Assembly (NCBI GenBank): GCA_963806035.1
Contig: CAWDWO010000039.1
Span: 32,001 to 96,000, forward strand
From: Candidatus Krumholzibacteriota bacterium
GTDB taxonomy: Bacteria > Krumholzibacteriota > Krumholzibacteriia > JAJRXK01
DNA length: 64,000 nt
Direction of reading: 5' to 3'
The notes below the pieces were generated by a model that worked only from the letters and a program-made list of their open reading frames with translations, searched no databases and was not told the DNA's origin. Positions 9,686-18,029 of this stretch are shown here, in pieces. Within the stretch, counting starts at the first letter, position 1. Every line of letters starts with the position of its first letter. The position numbers and the translations under genes are program-made.

Positions 9686-9752
9686 CTCAGCTGGTTAGAG
9701 CACCTGCCTTACAAGCAGGGGGTCACAGGTTCGAGTCCTGTTTCGCCCACCA
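9676..9752 (+). tRNA. tRNA-Val(TAC)
   Basis: Acceptor GGGCGAA/TTCGCCC, anticodon arm CCTGC-CTTACAA-GCAGG, GGTTCGAG T-loop, encoded CCA. Confidence 0.97.
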
Positions 9753-9950
9753 CTCCTTCGAGCCCCACGTCCCGCCTCTCCGATTCTTCTTCCCGCACTT
9801 GCCCGGCGGCCGCCCCCTCCAGCGCCCGCGGATGAGAGGGATTTCCTGCCACTTTGGAAGCTCGCCCACGCGCTCCGCCGAGAGTCCGAGAACTCTCCTA
9901 ACTTTAACGAAAGCCATATCTTACTCACATCGACCCCGCGATATACGAGG

Positions 9951-9980
9951 TTGACATTTCGCCAGAGAGCGTGATAAACT
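9951..9980 (+). promoter_or_regulatory. Strong sigma70-like promoter upstream of the secreted-protein cluster
   Basis: TTGACA-18 nt-TAAACT with extended -10 TG. Confidence 0.6.
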
Positions 9981-10103
9981 CGCTCCGTCGAGTATTGGAT
10001 CGAAAGAGTGGAAGGAGGCTCAAAAGCAGGGAAATACGCGATTGTCCAAGCAGCTTGGTAATTCTACCGAGTCGCTGATAGAACCGTTTAGGAGGTGTCC
10101 TAG

Positions 10104-10715
10104 ATGTTCAACAAGAGGCTTTTCAGTCTCGTACTAACTGCGGGCCTGATTTTGGGTCTCGCCGGCCTGGCAATGGCCGGTGTTCCCGATCCGGGAGCTA
10201 GCGTTGTCTACACCACCGGTGGGGAAGCAACTCTCACCCCGGGTGGTCTGGCCCAGAGTCTCGCGACCTATGGCGTGTCTGTCACGGTCACGGTTCGCGA
10301 TGGTAATGGCCTGCCCATTCCGGCATTTCCCGCGCAGGATATTTGGCTGGATGACGACGGCAGTGCCGACATCAATCTTTGCCAGTCCGGTAGCACGGCG
10401 GATGCGCAGACTGACGGCGATGGCTTCACTACGATCTCCGGCATCATGTCCGGTGGTGGCAACACTCAGGGCGGTCTTTCCGCTTATGTGAGTGGTGTCG
10501 CGATCGCCGGTGGCCAGGGTCCGTCCCTCAGCATCAACCTCAACAGCCCCGACATCAACGGCGACCGTATCGTTGACTTGGGTGACATCAGTCTGTTCCA
10601 GGCCGATGTGCAACCGCCGAACAACGCATTTCGGTCCGACTTCACCCATGACGGAATCGTCGACTTGGGTGACATCAGCCTCTTCTCGTCCTGGATTGAC
10701 GACGTCTGTCCATAA
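10104..10715 (+). CDS. Secreted protein with Ig-like region and C-terminal dockerin-like duplicated Ca-binding repeat
   Basis: Signal peptide ending AMA; repeats PDINGDRIVDLGDISLF and SDFTHDGIVDLGDISLF; RBS AGGAGG. Confidence 0.8.
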   Translation: MFNKRLFSLVLTAGLILGLAGLAMAGVPDPGASVVYTTGGEATLTPGGLAQSLATYGVSVTVTVRDGNGLPIPAFPAQDIWLDDDGSADINLCQSGSTADAQTDGDGFTTISGIMSGGGNTQGGLSAYVSGVAIAGGQGPSLSINLNSPDINGDRIVDLGDISLFQADVQPPNNAFRSDFTHDGIVDLGDISLFSSWIDDVCP

Positions 10716-10822
10716 GAGAGGGACTGTGAGGTTTGGGTGCGCCTTGCGCACTCGTTTTCGAGCAAGCGTGCGCCAGTGTTCACACAATAACCATTGGCTC
10801 ACCTCTCTAAAGGAGATGGCTC

Positions 10823-11407
10823 ATGCTTAAGAAGGCAATGTTTCTCACGCTCATCCTGCTCATGGGCGTCGTGGTGAGCGCGTCAGCGCAAATGACGACG
10901 ACCGCGGGCTGCACCATTGGTGTTTTCGCGGATGAGGCAGGAACGCAAACGGTAATTACGCCGTTACGTGACCAGGGCAACCCCTACTTCTTCCTCGACG
11001 TGTATTATGTGATTCGCGTCGAAGATCTGGTATTGGGTGCTGCCTGGTATCGTAGTGTCACGGGCTTCTCGGCCTCGACCTACGATATCGACTGGCAATC
11101 CTACGGTACCTTCATCGATGATCGGCCGGAAGGCTGGCGCATCGGCTTGGGTACCTGCCAACTGGGGTATGGCGGAGCTGCCATTCCCATTATGAAAGAG
11201 ACACTTCTCTTGGTGGATGACTACCAGGGTGGAACCGGTAGCATTCAGGTCATTCCGAACACTCTCCAGCTTCCGGCAGGCATGGTTGCCTACTCGGACT
11301 GCCTTGGTGAAGTAAAGGGTTGCCCTGGAATGGGTTCGCTGACCATCGAGAGCGTCATTCCCGCTCCGGGAAAGAGCTTCGGTGCCGTGAAGGCTCTCTT
11401 TCACTAG
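10823..11407 (+). CDS. Secreted protein with C-terminal S[WF]GxxK motif (paralog 1)
   Basis: Signal peptide ending ASA; tail VIPAPGKSFGAVKALFH; RBS AAGGAG. Confidence 0.85.
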   Translation: MLKKAMFLTLILLMGVVVSASAQMTTTAGCTIGVFADEAGTQTVITPLRDQGNPYFFLDVYYVIRVEDLVLGAAWYRSVTGFSASTYDIDWQSYGTFIDDRPEGWRIGLGTCQLGYGGAAIPIMKETLLLVDDYQGGTGSIQVIPNTLQLPAGMVAYSDCLGEVKGCPGMGSLTIESVIPAPGKSFGAVKALFH

Positions 11408-11610
11408 CTTGTAGCCCATTGGGCTGTACGCTGTCGCGATCACAACGGGTGGGTGGCGAAAAGTCCTTGGTGGCCCGACGCCATCCGCCAAAACCCCGCT
11501 GGAGATTTGCTCGATCCAGAGCATCTTGAAGGCACAACAGAGGCAACCGTGGGATGAGATCCGTAATGGCTCCCCACTGCCTTGCTGTAATGACAACGGA
11601 GGACTTCTTC

Positions 11611-12276
11611 ATGAAGAAGCTAATGATTCTCGCCGCGGTTCTTGGCATTCTCGCCATGGCTTCCATGTCGTTTGCCCAGAATATCGGTGTTACCTTCGAT
11701 GAGAGCGGGACGCAAACGGTCATCGATGGCCGCACGGACCTCGTCCCGAATCCCGCTCTTGGCAACCTGCCGTCGGCTCAGATCTTTGTCGTCGCGTATG
11801 ACATTCCTGAGCTCTTCGGTTACGAGTACTACATCACTTCCAGCGACGCCACGGCGATCGTCGGAACGCCGGTCTTCTACCCCTCCACCAGTGCCAACTT
11901 CGGTTCCAATGGTGACGTTCGTGTAGGCACCGGCAAGTGTTTCACGCTGAGTGACCCCGAGGCAGGACCCAACCCGACGAACATCCGTCTGGCGAAGCAC
12001 ATCTACAGCTGGTTCACCACGCCTGCGTTGGACGTGACCTACTGCATCGGACCCATTCAGCAGGGTTCTTACGCGGCTCCGAACTACACCGAGTGTGTGC
12101 AGAGCCCGACTCCCCTGCCCTTTGGTATCGCGAATCACTCGCTCGACAGCTGCACCCCCGACGGTTGCGCGGTTGTCGTCTTCGAGTGGGACGATGCTAC
12201 CACTCCTCACAACTGCCAGCGTGACGTTGTCGGTTCGCAGGAGAAGAGCTGGGGCTCGCTGAAGTCCAGCTTCTAA
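11611..12276 (+). CDS. Secreted Cys-containing protein with C-terminal SWGxxK motif (paralog 2)
   Basis: ATG at 11611 after GGAGG; signal peptide MKKLMILAAVLGILAMASMSFA; tail VVGSQEKSWGSLKSSF. Confidence 0.85.
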   Translation: MKKLMILAAVLGILAMASMSFAQNIGVTFDESGTQTVIDGRTDLVPNPALGNLPSAQIFVVAYDIPELFGYEYYITSSDATAIVGTPVFYPSTSANFGSNGDVRVGTGKCFTLSDPEAGPNPTNIRLAKHIYSWFTTPALDVTYCIGPIQQGSYAAPNYTECVQSPTPLPFGIANHSLDSCTPDGCAVVVFEWDDATTPHNCQRDVVGSQEKSWGSLKSSF

Positions 12277-12310
12277 GCTAGATAGGACCGATTCTTCCTC
12301 ATCGAGGAAG

Positions 12311-12347
12311 ATGACGCGGCTCCGATTCCTCGGAGCCGCGTTCATTT
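12311..12347 (+). terminator. Hairpin/terminator after paralog 2
   Basis: acgcggctccga-ttcc-tcggagccgcgt followed by tcattt. Confidence 0.6.
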
Positions 12348-12647
12348 ATGCCCGAAATGGATCCGGACTATCGCCAGGGCCCTTTGATTCGTATATTGCC
12401 AACGTTCCGTCCGGTTGAGGCATCAGGAGTTCCCAGTTCGAGCCGCGGCGGGAATTCACTTGACCTCTCCGGGGGTGCGTGGTACTTGAAACCAGATTCC
12501 ATGGGGCACGCGGCTTTCCTTCATTGGCGAGGCGGTGGGGTTTTGTCCGCGACGTGGAAATCTGGACAATCGTAGGCTCTTATCCAAACGGCCCTGCGTG
12601 CGAGTTCGCCGCGCGAACGGGCCCGGGATTTTCAGAAGGAGTTTCGT

Positions 12648-13397
12648 ATGAGGAAGACGGCCATCGGCGTTCTGGTTGTGTTGGCGATGGCAGCGGGGTG
12701 GTTCGCTCCCGCGGCAGCAGTTGACGCGCCTTACAATCCATGGGGCTGGATGTTCCTGAGTGTGGATCAAAAGGCGTACACCTGCAGCGGAAGCTACACC
12801 GCCGGCCAGACGCTTTCGATCTACGTTATTCTCGAATGTCCCAACTGGGGCGTCGCAGACAATTACTTCGGCATGGAGGCCGGGGTAGACTATCCGCAAC
12901 AGATGTTCAATACGAGCATGACCTCGGACGAGGCCCCCGCTTCGGCGTTCTTCGCCAACAGCTGCGCCGGCGGACACTGCACCTGGGCCATGGGCACGGG
13001 GACTCCGATCAACATCAATCCCTGGACCGCGGTGACACTGAATTTCGTGGGATTCACCGACGTGGAGAACCTCGGCTTCAGTCTGACACCGCGCGACAAC
13101 TTCAGCCCGCGTACCCTGGGCGGTCCCGGCTGGGCTTACTATGACAACGTGGATCCCCCGGTGCTGCCGCTGCAAGCGGGTGACGGCACCCTGGCCCATC
13201 CCGGTTGGCAGCAGGGCTTCGTCATGCTGAATTACAACCAGGCCACGGCAGCAGACACCCCGTTCCCGCCCACGGTCTTCCGTGACGACGGGTCGGGTGC
13301 TCCCTGGCCGCTGATGTCGGCTGGCGATCCTTGCAACCGCGCAAAGATCGTCCCCTCGCAGGAGAGCTCCTGGGGTTCGCTGAAGGCCTCGTACTAG
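12648..13397 (+). CDS. Secreted protein with C-terminal SWGxxK motif (paralog 3)
   Basis: Signal peptide ending AAA; tail IVPSQESSWGSLKASY; RBS AAGGAG; candidate promoter TTGACC-17-TACTTG at 12460-12488. Confidence 0.85.
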   Translation: MRKTAIGVLVVLAMAAGWFAPAAAVDAPYNPWGWMFLSVDQKAYTCSGSYTAGQTLSIYVILECPNWGVADNYFGMEAGVDYPQQMFNTSMTSDEAPASAFFANSCAGGHCTWAMGTGTPININPWTAVTLNFVGFTDVENLGFSLTPRDNFSPRTLGGPGWAYYDNVDPPVLPLQAGDGTLAHPGWQQGFVMLNYNQATAADTPFPPTVFRDDGSGAPWPLMSAGDPCNRAKIVPSQESSWGSLKASY

Positions 13398-13436
13398 GCC
13401 TTCTTCTCGGCCCCCAGGCCGAAGCTGATCGATAGC

Positions 13437-13468
13437 GAGGAGGGTCCCACCGTGGGCCCTCCTCTTTT
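13437..13468 (+). terminator. Intrinsic terminator
   Basis: gaggagggtcccac-c-gtgggccctcctc followed by TTTT. Confidence 0.75.
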
Positions 13469-13506
13469 CACGCCTGGGGGCGGCAGTGGGGAAGTGACGC
13501 GCTGAA

Positions 13507-13536
13507 TTGACCCGGAGTTCCCTCTGCGCCTATACT
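13507..13536 (+). promoter_or_regulatory. Sigma70-like promoter of the C25 peptidase gene
   Basis: TTGACC-18 nt-TATACT. Confidence 0.55.
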
Positions 13537-13657
13537 TGCAGCATAGGCCGCTGTGCCGGCCTGCCTGGATGGGCTCACGCTGAGGAGTGATTCCCGCGGT
13601 GGGGTCCCCGTGACAGCTCTCTCCCCTGAAGAACCCCCCTGAGACAAGGAACGGCCC

Positions 13658-16600
13658 ATGCCGCGTCACATCCGTTTGCTCCTCTGCCTCGCAGTGGTTC
13701 TGAGCGTGCAAGTTCGAGCGCCGAAAGCCAGCGCCGCTCCCGCCGGCTGGCAGCTGCTGGAGAGCAGCGCGCAGCGCCTGCATCTGCGAATCGAGGTTCC
13801 ACCGGCCAGCGTGAAGACGGTGGAGGTGGAGGGGAGGAGCTACTCCGCGCTGAGCATTCCCGGCTACTGGCCCCTCGCTGAGCCCGGGCTTCCTCTGCTG
13901 CCCCAGCGCGGGGCCTGGATCGCGCTTCCCCCCCGCGGAGAGGCGCGCGTTCGTGTGGAAGGACTCACCACCCGCCCCCTGCAGATCACTCGCCTTCTGC
14001 CCTACGCCACTCCCGTGACCCCACCGCCGGGCCTGAGTATCGAGTCGTTGAGCGGGCTGGAGAGTGGCAATGAGAAGATCGTCGAGGGCCCGGGCTATGC
14101 CAGCTTCCGCAGCGGCAGCGACGAGCTGGTGAGTTTGGGCGAGGCGGTCTGGTCCCACGGCCAACGGATGGCGCCCTTGCGCGTACGACCTTTTCTCGTG
14201 GACTCTGCGGATGGTCCGGTGCAGCAGCTCAGCTCGCTGGAACTGGTGATCGAGTTTCCTGCGGGCAGTGTGAGTGCGCCGGCGGCGGGCAGTCCGGATC
14301 CTGCGACCCTGGCCCGCGTCCTCAATCCAAAAGTGGCGGCGGGCTGGCACGCGGAGAGTCCTCAGACGCGTCTGCGACGCTCGGCGGCCCTGCAGCCGGC
14401 CCCGCAGCTCCAGAAGTCCGCGACGGCCACACTTGCGGCCGACCAGATCATCCCCATGGACCAGCTGACCCTGCTGAGCGACGAGTATCGCATCCCGGTT
14501 GCGGCGGGGGGGTTGGTGCGCGTGCACCTTGCGGATCTCTTCGGTACTCTGGGATTTCCCGCTGGAATCCGTCATGATCAGCTGCGGCTCTACCAGAAGC
14601 GTCCTTCGCCTCCGGGGAGCGCGAGCTACCCCAATCCCCTGAGTGTCGACGTTCCCTTCCACTACTTCGGGAATCCGGATCCGCAGAGCGAAATTACCAG
14701 CGGCGACATCATCATCTTCGATGCGACTCCTCTGGATCGCGACAATCTGGAGCGGCCGGTGGGAGTGGGAACCCTCCCCGCGGCGATGAGTGAGAGGGCG
14801 GGAAATTACAACGCGAACAACGTGTACTGGTTGGCCGCCATCGAGCCCAGCCTGGGGGCCTGGGCAAGAATGGACACGGAGAGTTTTGGCGCTGCCAGTG
14901 GTACGCCGCGCCAGTACTACGACTACCAGGAGTCCTTCAGTCAGGACGTCTACTACCAGCCGCATCCGGTCAAGGTCGCCGACACCTGTTACCTCTGGAA
15001 TTCTCCGCTCGTCAGGGAAACGAGGCTTCCCCTGCGGCTCCGAGCGCTGGATCCGACTTCTCCCATCGTGGTGCGATGGGTCTTCGCGAGCAGTCTCCAC
15101 GCTCCAGTGGCCGATCCGGTGGGTCAACAGCTGGCGACCAGTTTCTATCTGGAAAACGAGGACACCAGCAATCGCACCCTTTTGAGAACGGTGGACGTCA
15201 ACGATGCCACCGGAGCCACCCGCCCCGGAACCTACAGTAGCCCCACCGCGGTCAGCGATACGGTGTCGGCGGGCATTTTCGCGCCGGGTCCCATTCGCTT
15301 CCGCTTTCACAACGTAAACGAGAGCAGCTCGCTGTTTCACTTCGTCATGGTCGACAGCGTGAGCCTCAGCTATCGGGCGGCCTACGCGGCGGATTTCAAT
15401 CGAGCCGCCTTCAACACGGGCGTGGTTTCCCAGGAGGCCAGCCTCTCGATTCCGGGCTTCGATTCGCCGGAGATATTCCTGCTGGAAACGAGTGATCCGC
15501 GCTCTCCACGCTGGGTCGACCTGAAGCCGGAGAATCTGGTGGACGCTGGCGGGACGACTTCGATCAGCCTGCAAGTCCCGCCCGAGGGACAGAGTCCTCG
15601 CTCCTTCGTGGCGGTGGCCTCGGTGGAGATTCCCCGGATCAATCAGGCCGAGATCACGCGCGGCTCCACGACGGTTCTCACCGCGAGCATGAATCCCACA
15701 CAGGTGCTGGTGATCGGCCCCCCGCAGTTCGAGGCCGCCATGCAGCCCTGGCTGCAATGGCGTCGTGACCACGACCATGACGGATGGAACTACGCCTACG
15801 TGGACGTGCAGGATATTTTCGATCAGTTCTCAGGAGGACTGCGCGCCCCTTCGGGCATCAAGGAGTTTCTGCACTACGCATACACCATGTGGAATGCGAA
15901 GGCGGTGATGCTCGTCGGCGACGCCAACGAAGACCACCGCCGCATCGTGCGCGAGAACAACCAGATTGCGGGAACGGAGGACTTCGTTCCCTGTCCCATC
16001 CATCTCCAGTACCTCAACGATTTCGAGGTCGTCGCTTCGGACAAATGGTACGTGATCTTCGACATCGACGATTCGCGCTATCCCGCTTTGCTCAACAAGG
16101 GTCCGGACATGCTCTTTGGACGCTTGCCGGTACATGACGCGGCGGAGGCTTCCTCGGCAGTGGCCAAGATCATCGCCTACGAGCAGCCCACCGCGGCTCA
16201 GACCTGGCGCAAACGCGCGATCATGGTGAGCGATGACGCCTACAGCACGGGATTGTTCCTGGGAACCGGGGGGGACCAGGTCTACAAACTGAACAGCGGG
16301 GAGCTGCTCTTTCAGTCCGTCCAGGCCCAGCTGGCGAATCAGGAGTCCAACTTCCTGGACGGCGCCATCGACGGAACCACCTGGGCCCTGGACGATTACA
16401 CCTCGCAGATTCGCGGAACCGATACTTCCTACCCCCTCAGCTTTCTCAACGTGGTGATCCAGGAAGTGGCGGCCACGGTCCGTCCCCAGTTTCTGGCCAC
16501 GCTCGCACAGGGTGCTTTCTTCGTCAGTTATCAGGGACACTCGGCCTACAACGTCCTCGCGCACGAGAGGCTCTTTCAGCACCAGCCGGGCGATCCCTCG

Positions 16601-17971
16601 CCGATCGGCACCATCGGCAACGATGGCAAGCCCTTCCTGTTTTTCGGAATGGGTTGTCACTTTTCCGATTTCATTCGTCCCACCGAACTCTCCACCAGCG
16701 ACTCACGCAGTCTTGGTGAGTCCATGCTGCTGCATCCCACCGCGGGCGCGATCGGCGTCTACGGCAGCAGTGCCTACGAGTTCCTCTCGCCGAACGTGGC
16801 GTTCGGTACGGTGATCGGCAACGCGTTCTTCGGCGATACGCGCAGCGGGCAAGTTTTGGGGGCGGACGATCCGCAGTGGATCGTCGGCGACGTGCTGGCG
16901 CAAGCCGAGTGGGATCTCTTCTCGGCACCGACGGCGCAGATTCCGCAGATGGTTGCGCAATACGAGTTGCTCGGCGATCCGCTCGTGCGATTGGATGCGG
17001 CGCCGCCGCGCGTGAGTGTCAAGAGCGACGGGACGAATGTCAGCGACGGGTCCTCCGTGCTCCCCGCCAGTGGTTCGCGCACGCTCTCACTGAGCGTGAC
17101 TGCGGTGGACGAATCGGGAGTGGACCGCATCGAATTGACTCAGCTCTCCGACGGACAATCGACGGACCTGAGCGATCTTTTGGTGCCGCAGAGCGGAGCC
17201 GGGCTCGATGCTCGTAACTGGTTGTCAATTGCTGACTTGCCGGTGCAAGCGCGGGGCCGCGATGGCGGTGTCAGCTACCAATTGCAGGTCTACGATCGGG
17301 CCTATCCGCAGCGACGGCCGACGAGCTTCAGCTTCAAAGTACCCTTCGAACTCACGGTGGACGTGGACGGCGAAGTCTTGCCCAGCGAAGGTCGTGAAAT
17401 TCCCGCTGGCAGCACGAGCGTGCTCTCGCTCGATTTCACGAGTCCAATTTCGCTGACCGCGACGGAGATCGAAGTGGAACTCACCGGGCTCACTCTGCAG
17501 GGCAGCATCGACAAGCAGATGCAGGATACCGAGGGGCGGCATTGGATCGTGAGCTTTGAAGCTTCCGGACTGGCGGGGAGTCAACAGCAGAGCATTCTCT
17601 TGAAACTCGCGGGAAGCGATACCGAGATTTCCCTGGCCGGCTCGATTGCCAAGGTGGCCCTTGCCATCAAGGATCACTTTCCCATTCCCAACCCCGTCGA
17701 TCCGGCGCAGGGTGGTGCGCGGATCGTGGCGGATCTCACGGTTCCCGCCGCTTGGGCGCGCGTGACGATCTACGATCTCAGTGGAAGACCGGTGACGAGC
17801 TGGACGGACGATACTCTCGGGTCCGAGACGACCATCGTACTGCACTGGGACGGACGGGATCGCAGGGGGGACGAACTCGCCAATGGCACCTACCTCTATA
17901 GAATCGAAGTTGCGGGCCAGGACGGCGAGGTGCACGGCGGCGATACCGGGCGGATCGTGGTGATGCATTGA
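13658..17971 (+). CDS. C25 (gingipain/PorU-like) cysteine peptidase with propeptide and C-terminal FlgD-Ig/T9SS-type sorting domain
   Basis: Signal peptide; EPGLPLLP propeptide motif; MLVGDA, ASDKWY, DMLFGRLPV, SYQGHS (His961), GMGC (Cys1000), ELLGDP; C-terminal PNP...IYDLSGRPV...WDGRD...LANGTYLYRI. Confidence 0.85.
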   Translation: MPRHIRLLLCLAVVLSVQVRAPKASAAPAGWQLLESSAQRLHLRIEVPPASVKTVEVEGRSYSALSIPGYWPLAEPGLPLLPQRGAWIALPPRGEARVRVEGLTTRPLQITRLLPYATPVTPPPGLSIESLSGLESGNEKIVEGPGYASFRSGSDELVSLGEAVWSHGQRMAPLRVRPFLVDSADGPVQQLSSLELVIEFPAGSVSAPAAGSPDPATLARVLNPKVAAGWHAESPQTRLRRSAALQPAPQLQKSATATLAADQIIPMDQLTLLSDEYRIPVAAGGLVRVHLADLFGTLGFPAGIRHDQLRLYQKRPSPPGSASYPNPLSVDVPFHYFGNPDPQSEITSGDIIIFDATPLDRDNLERPVGVGTLPAAMSERAGNYNANNVYWLAAIEPSLGAWARMDTESFGAASGTPRQYYDYQESFSQDVYYQPHPVKVADTCYLWNSPLVRETRLPLRLRALDPTSPIVVRWVFASSLHAPVADPVGQQLATSFYLENEDTSNRTLLRTVDVNDATGATRPGTYSSPTAVSDTVSAGIFAPGPIRFRFHNVNESSSLFHFVMVDSVSLSYRAAYAADFNRAAFNTGVVSQEASLSIPGFDSPEIFLLETSDPRSPRWVDLKPENLVDAGGTTSISLQVPPEGQSPRSFVAVASVEIPRINQAEITRGSTTVLTASMNPTQVLVIGPPQFEAAMQPWLQWRRDHDHDGWNYAYVDVQDIFDQFSGGLRAPSGIKEFLHYAYTMWNAKAVMLVGDANEDHRRIVRENNQIAGTEDFVPCPIHLQYLNDFEVVASDKWYVIFDIDDSRYPALLNKGPDMLFGRLPVHDAAEASSAVAKIIAYEQPTAAQTWRKRAIMVSDDAYSTGLFLGTGGDQVYKLNSGELLFQSVQAQLANQESNFLDGAIDGTTWALDDYTSQIRGTDTSYPLSFLNVVIQEVAATVRPQFLATLAQGAFFVSYQGHSAYNVLAHERLFQHQPGDPSPIGTIGNDGKPFLFFGMGCHFSDFIRPTELSTSDSRSLGESMLLHPTAGAIGVYGSSAYEFLSPNVAFGTVIGNAFFGDTRSGQVLGADDPQWIVGDVLAQAEWDLFSAPTAQIPQMVAQYELLGDPLVRLDAAPPRVSVKSDGTNVSDGSSVLPASGSRTLSLSVTAVDESGVDRIELTQLSDGQSTDLSDLLVPQSGAGLDARNWLSIADLPVQARGRDGGVSYQLQVYDRAYPQRRPTSFSFKVPFELTVDVDGEVLPSEGREIPAGSTSVLSLDFTSPISLTATEIEVELTGLTLQGSIDKQMQDTEGRHWIVSFEASGLAGSQQQSILLKLAGSDTEISLAGSIAKVALAIKDHFPIPNPVDPAQGGARIVADLTVPAAWARVTIYDLSGRPVTSWTDDTLGSETTIVLHWDGRDRRGDELANGTYLYRIEVAGQDGEVHGGDTGRIVVMH

Positions 17972-18029
17972 GCCCTCTCAAATCGTTTCGTCCCCGCCCT
18001 GAGCGCCCGATCTTCGGTATTCCCTGGAG

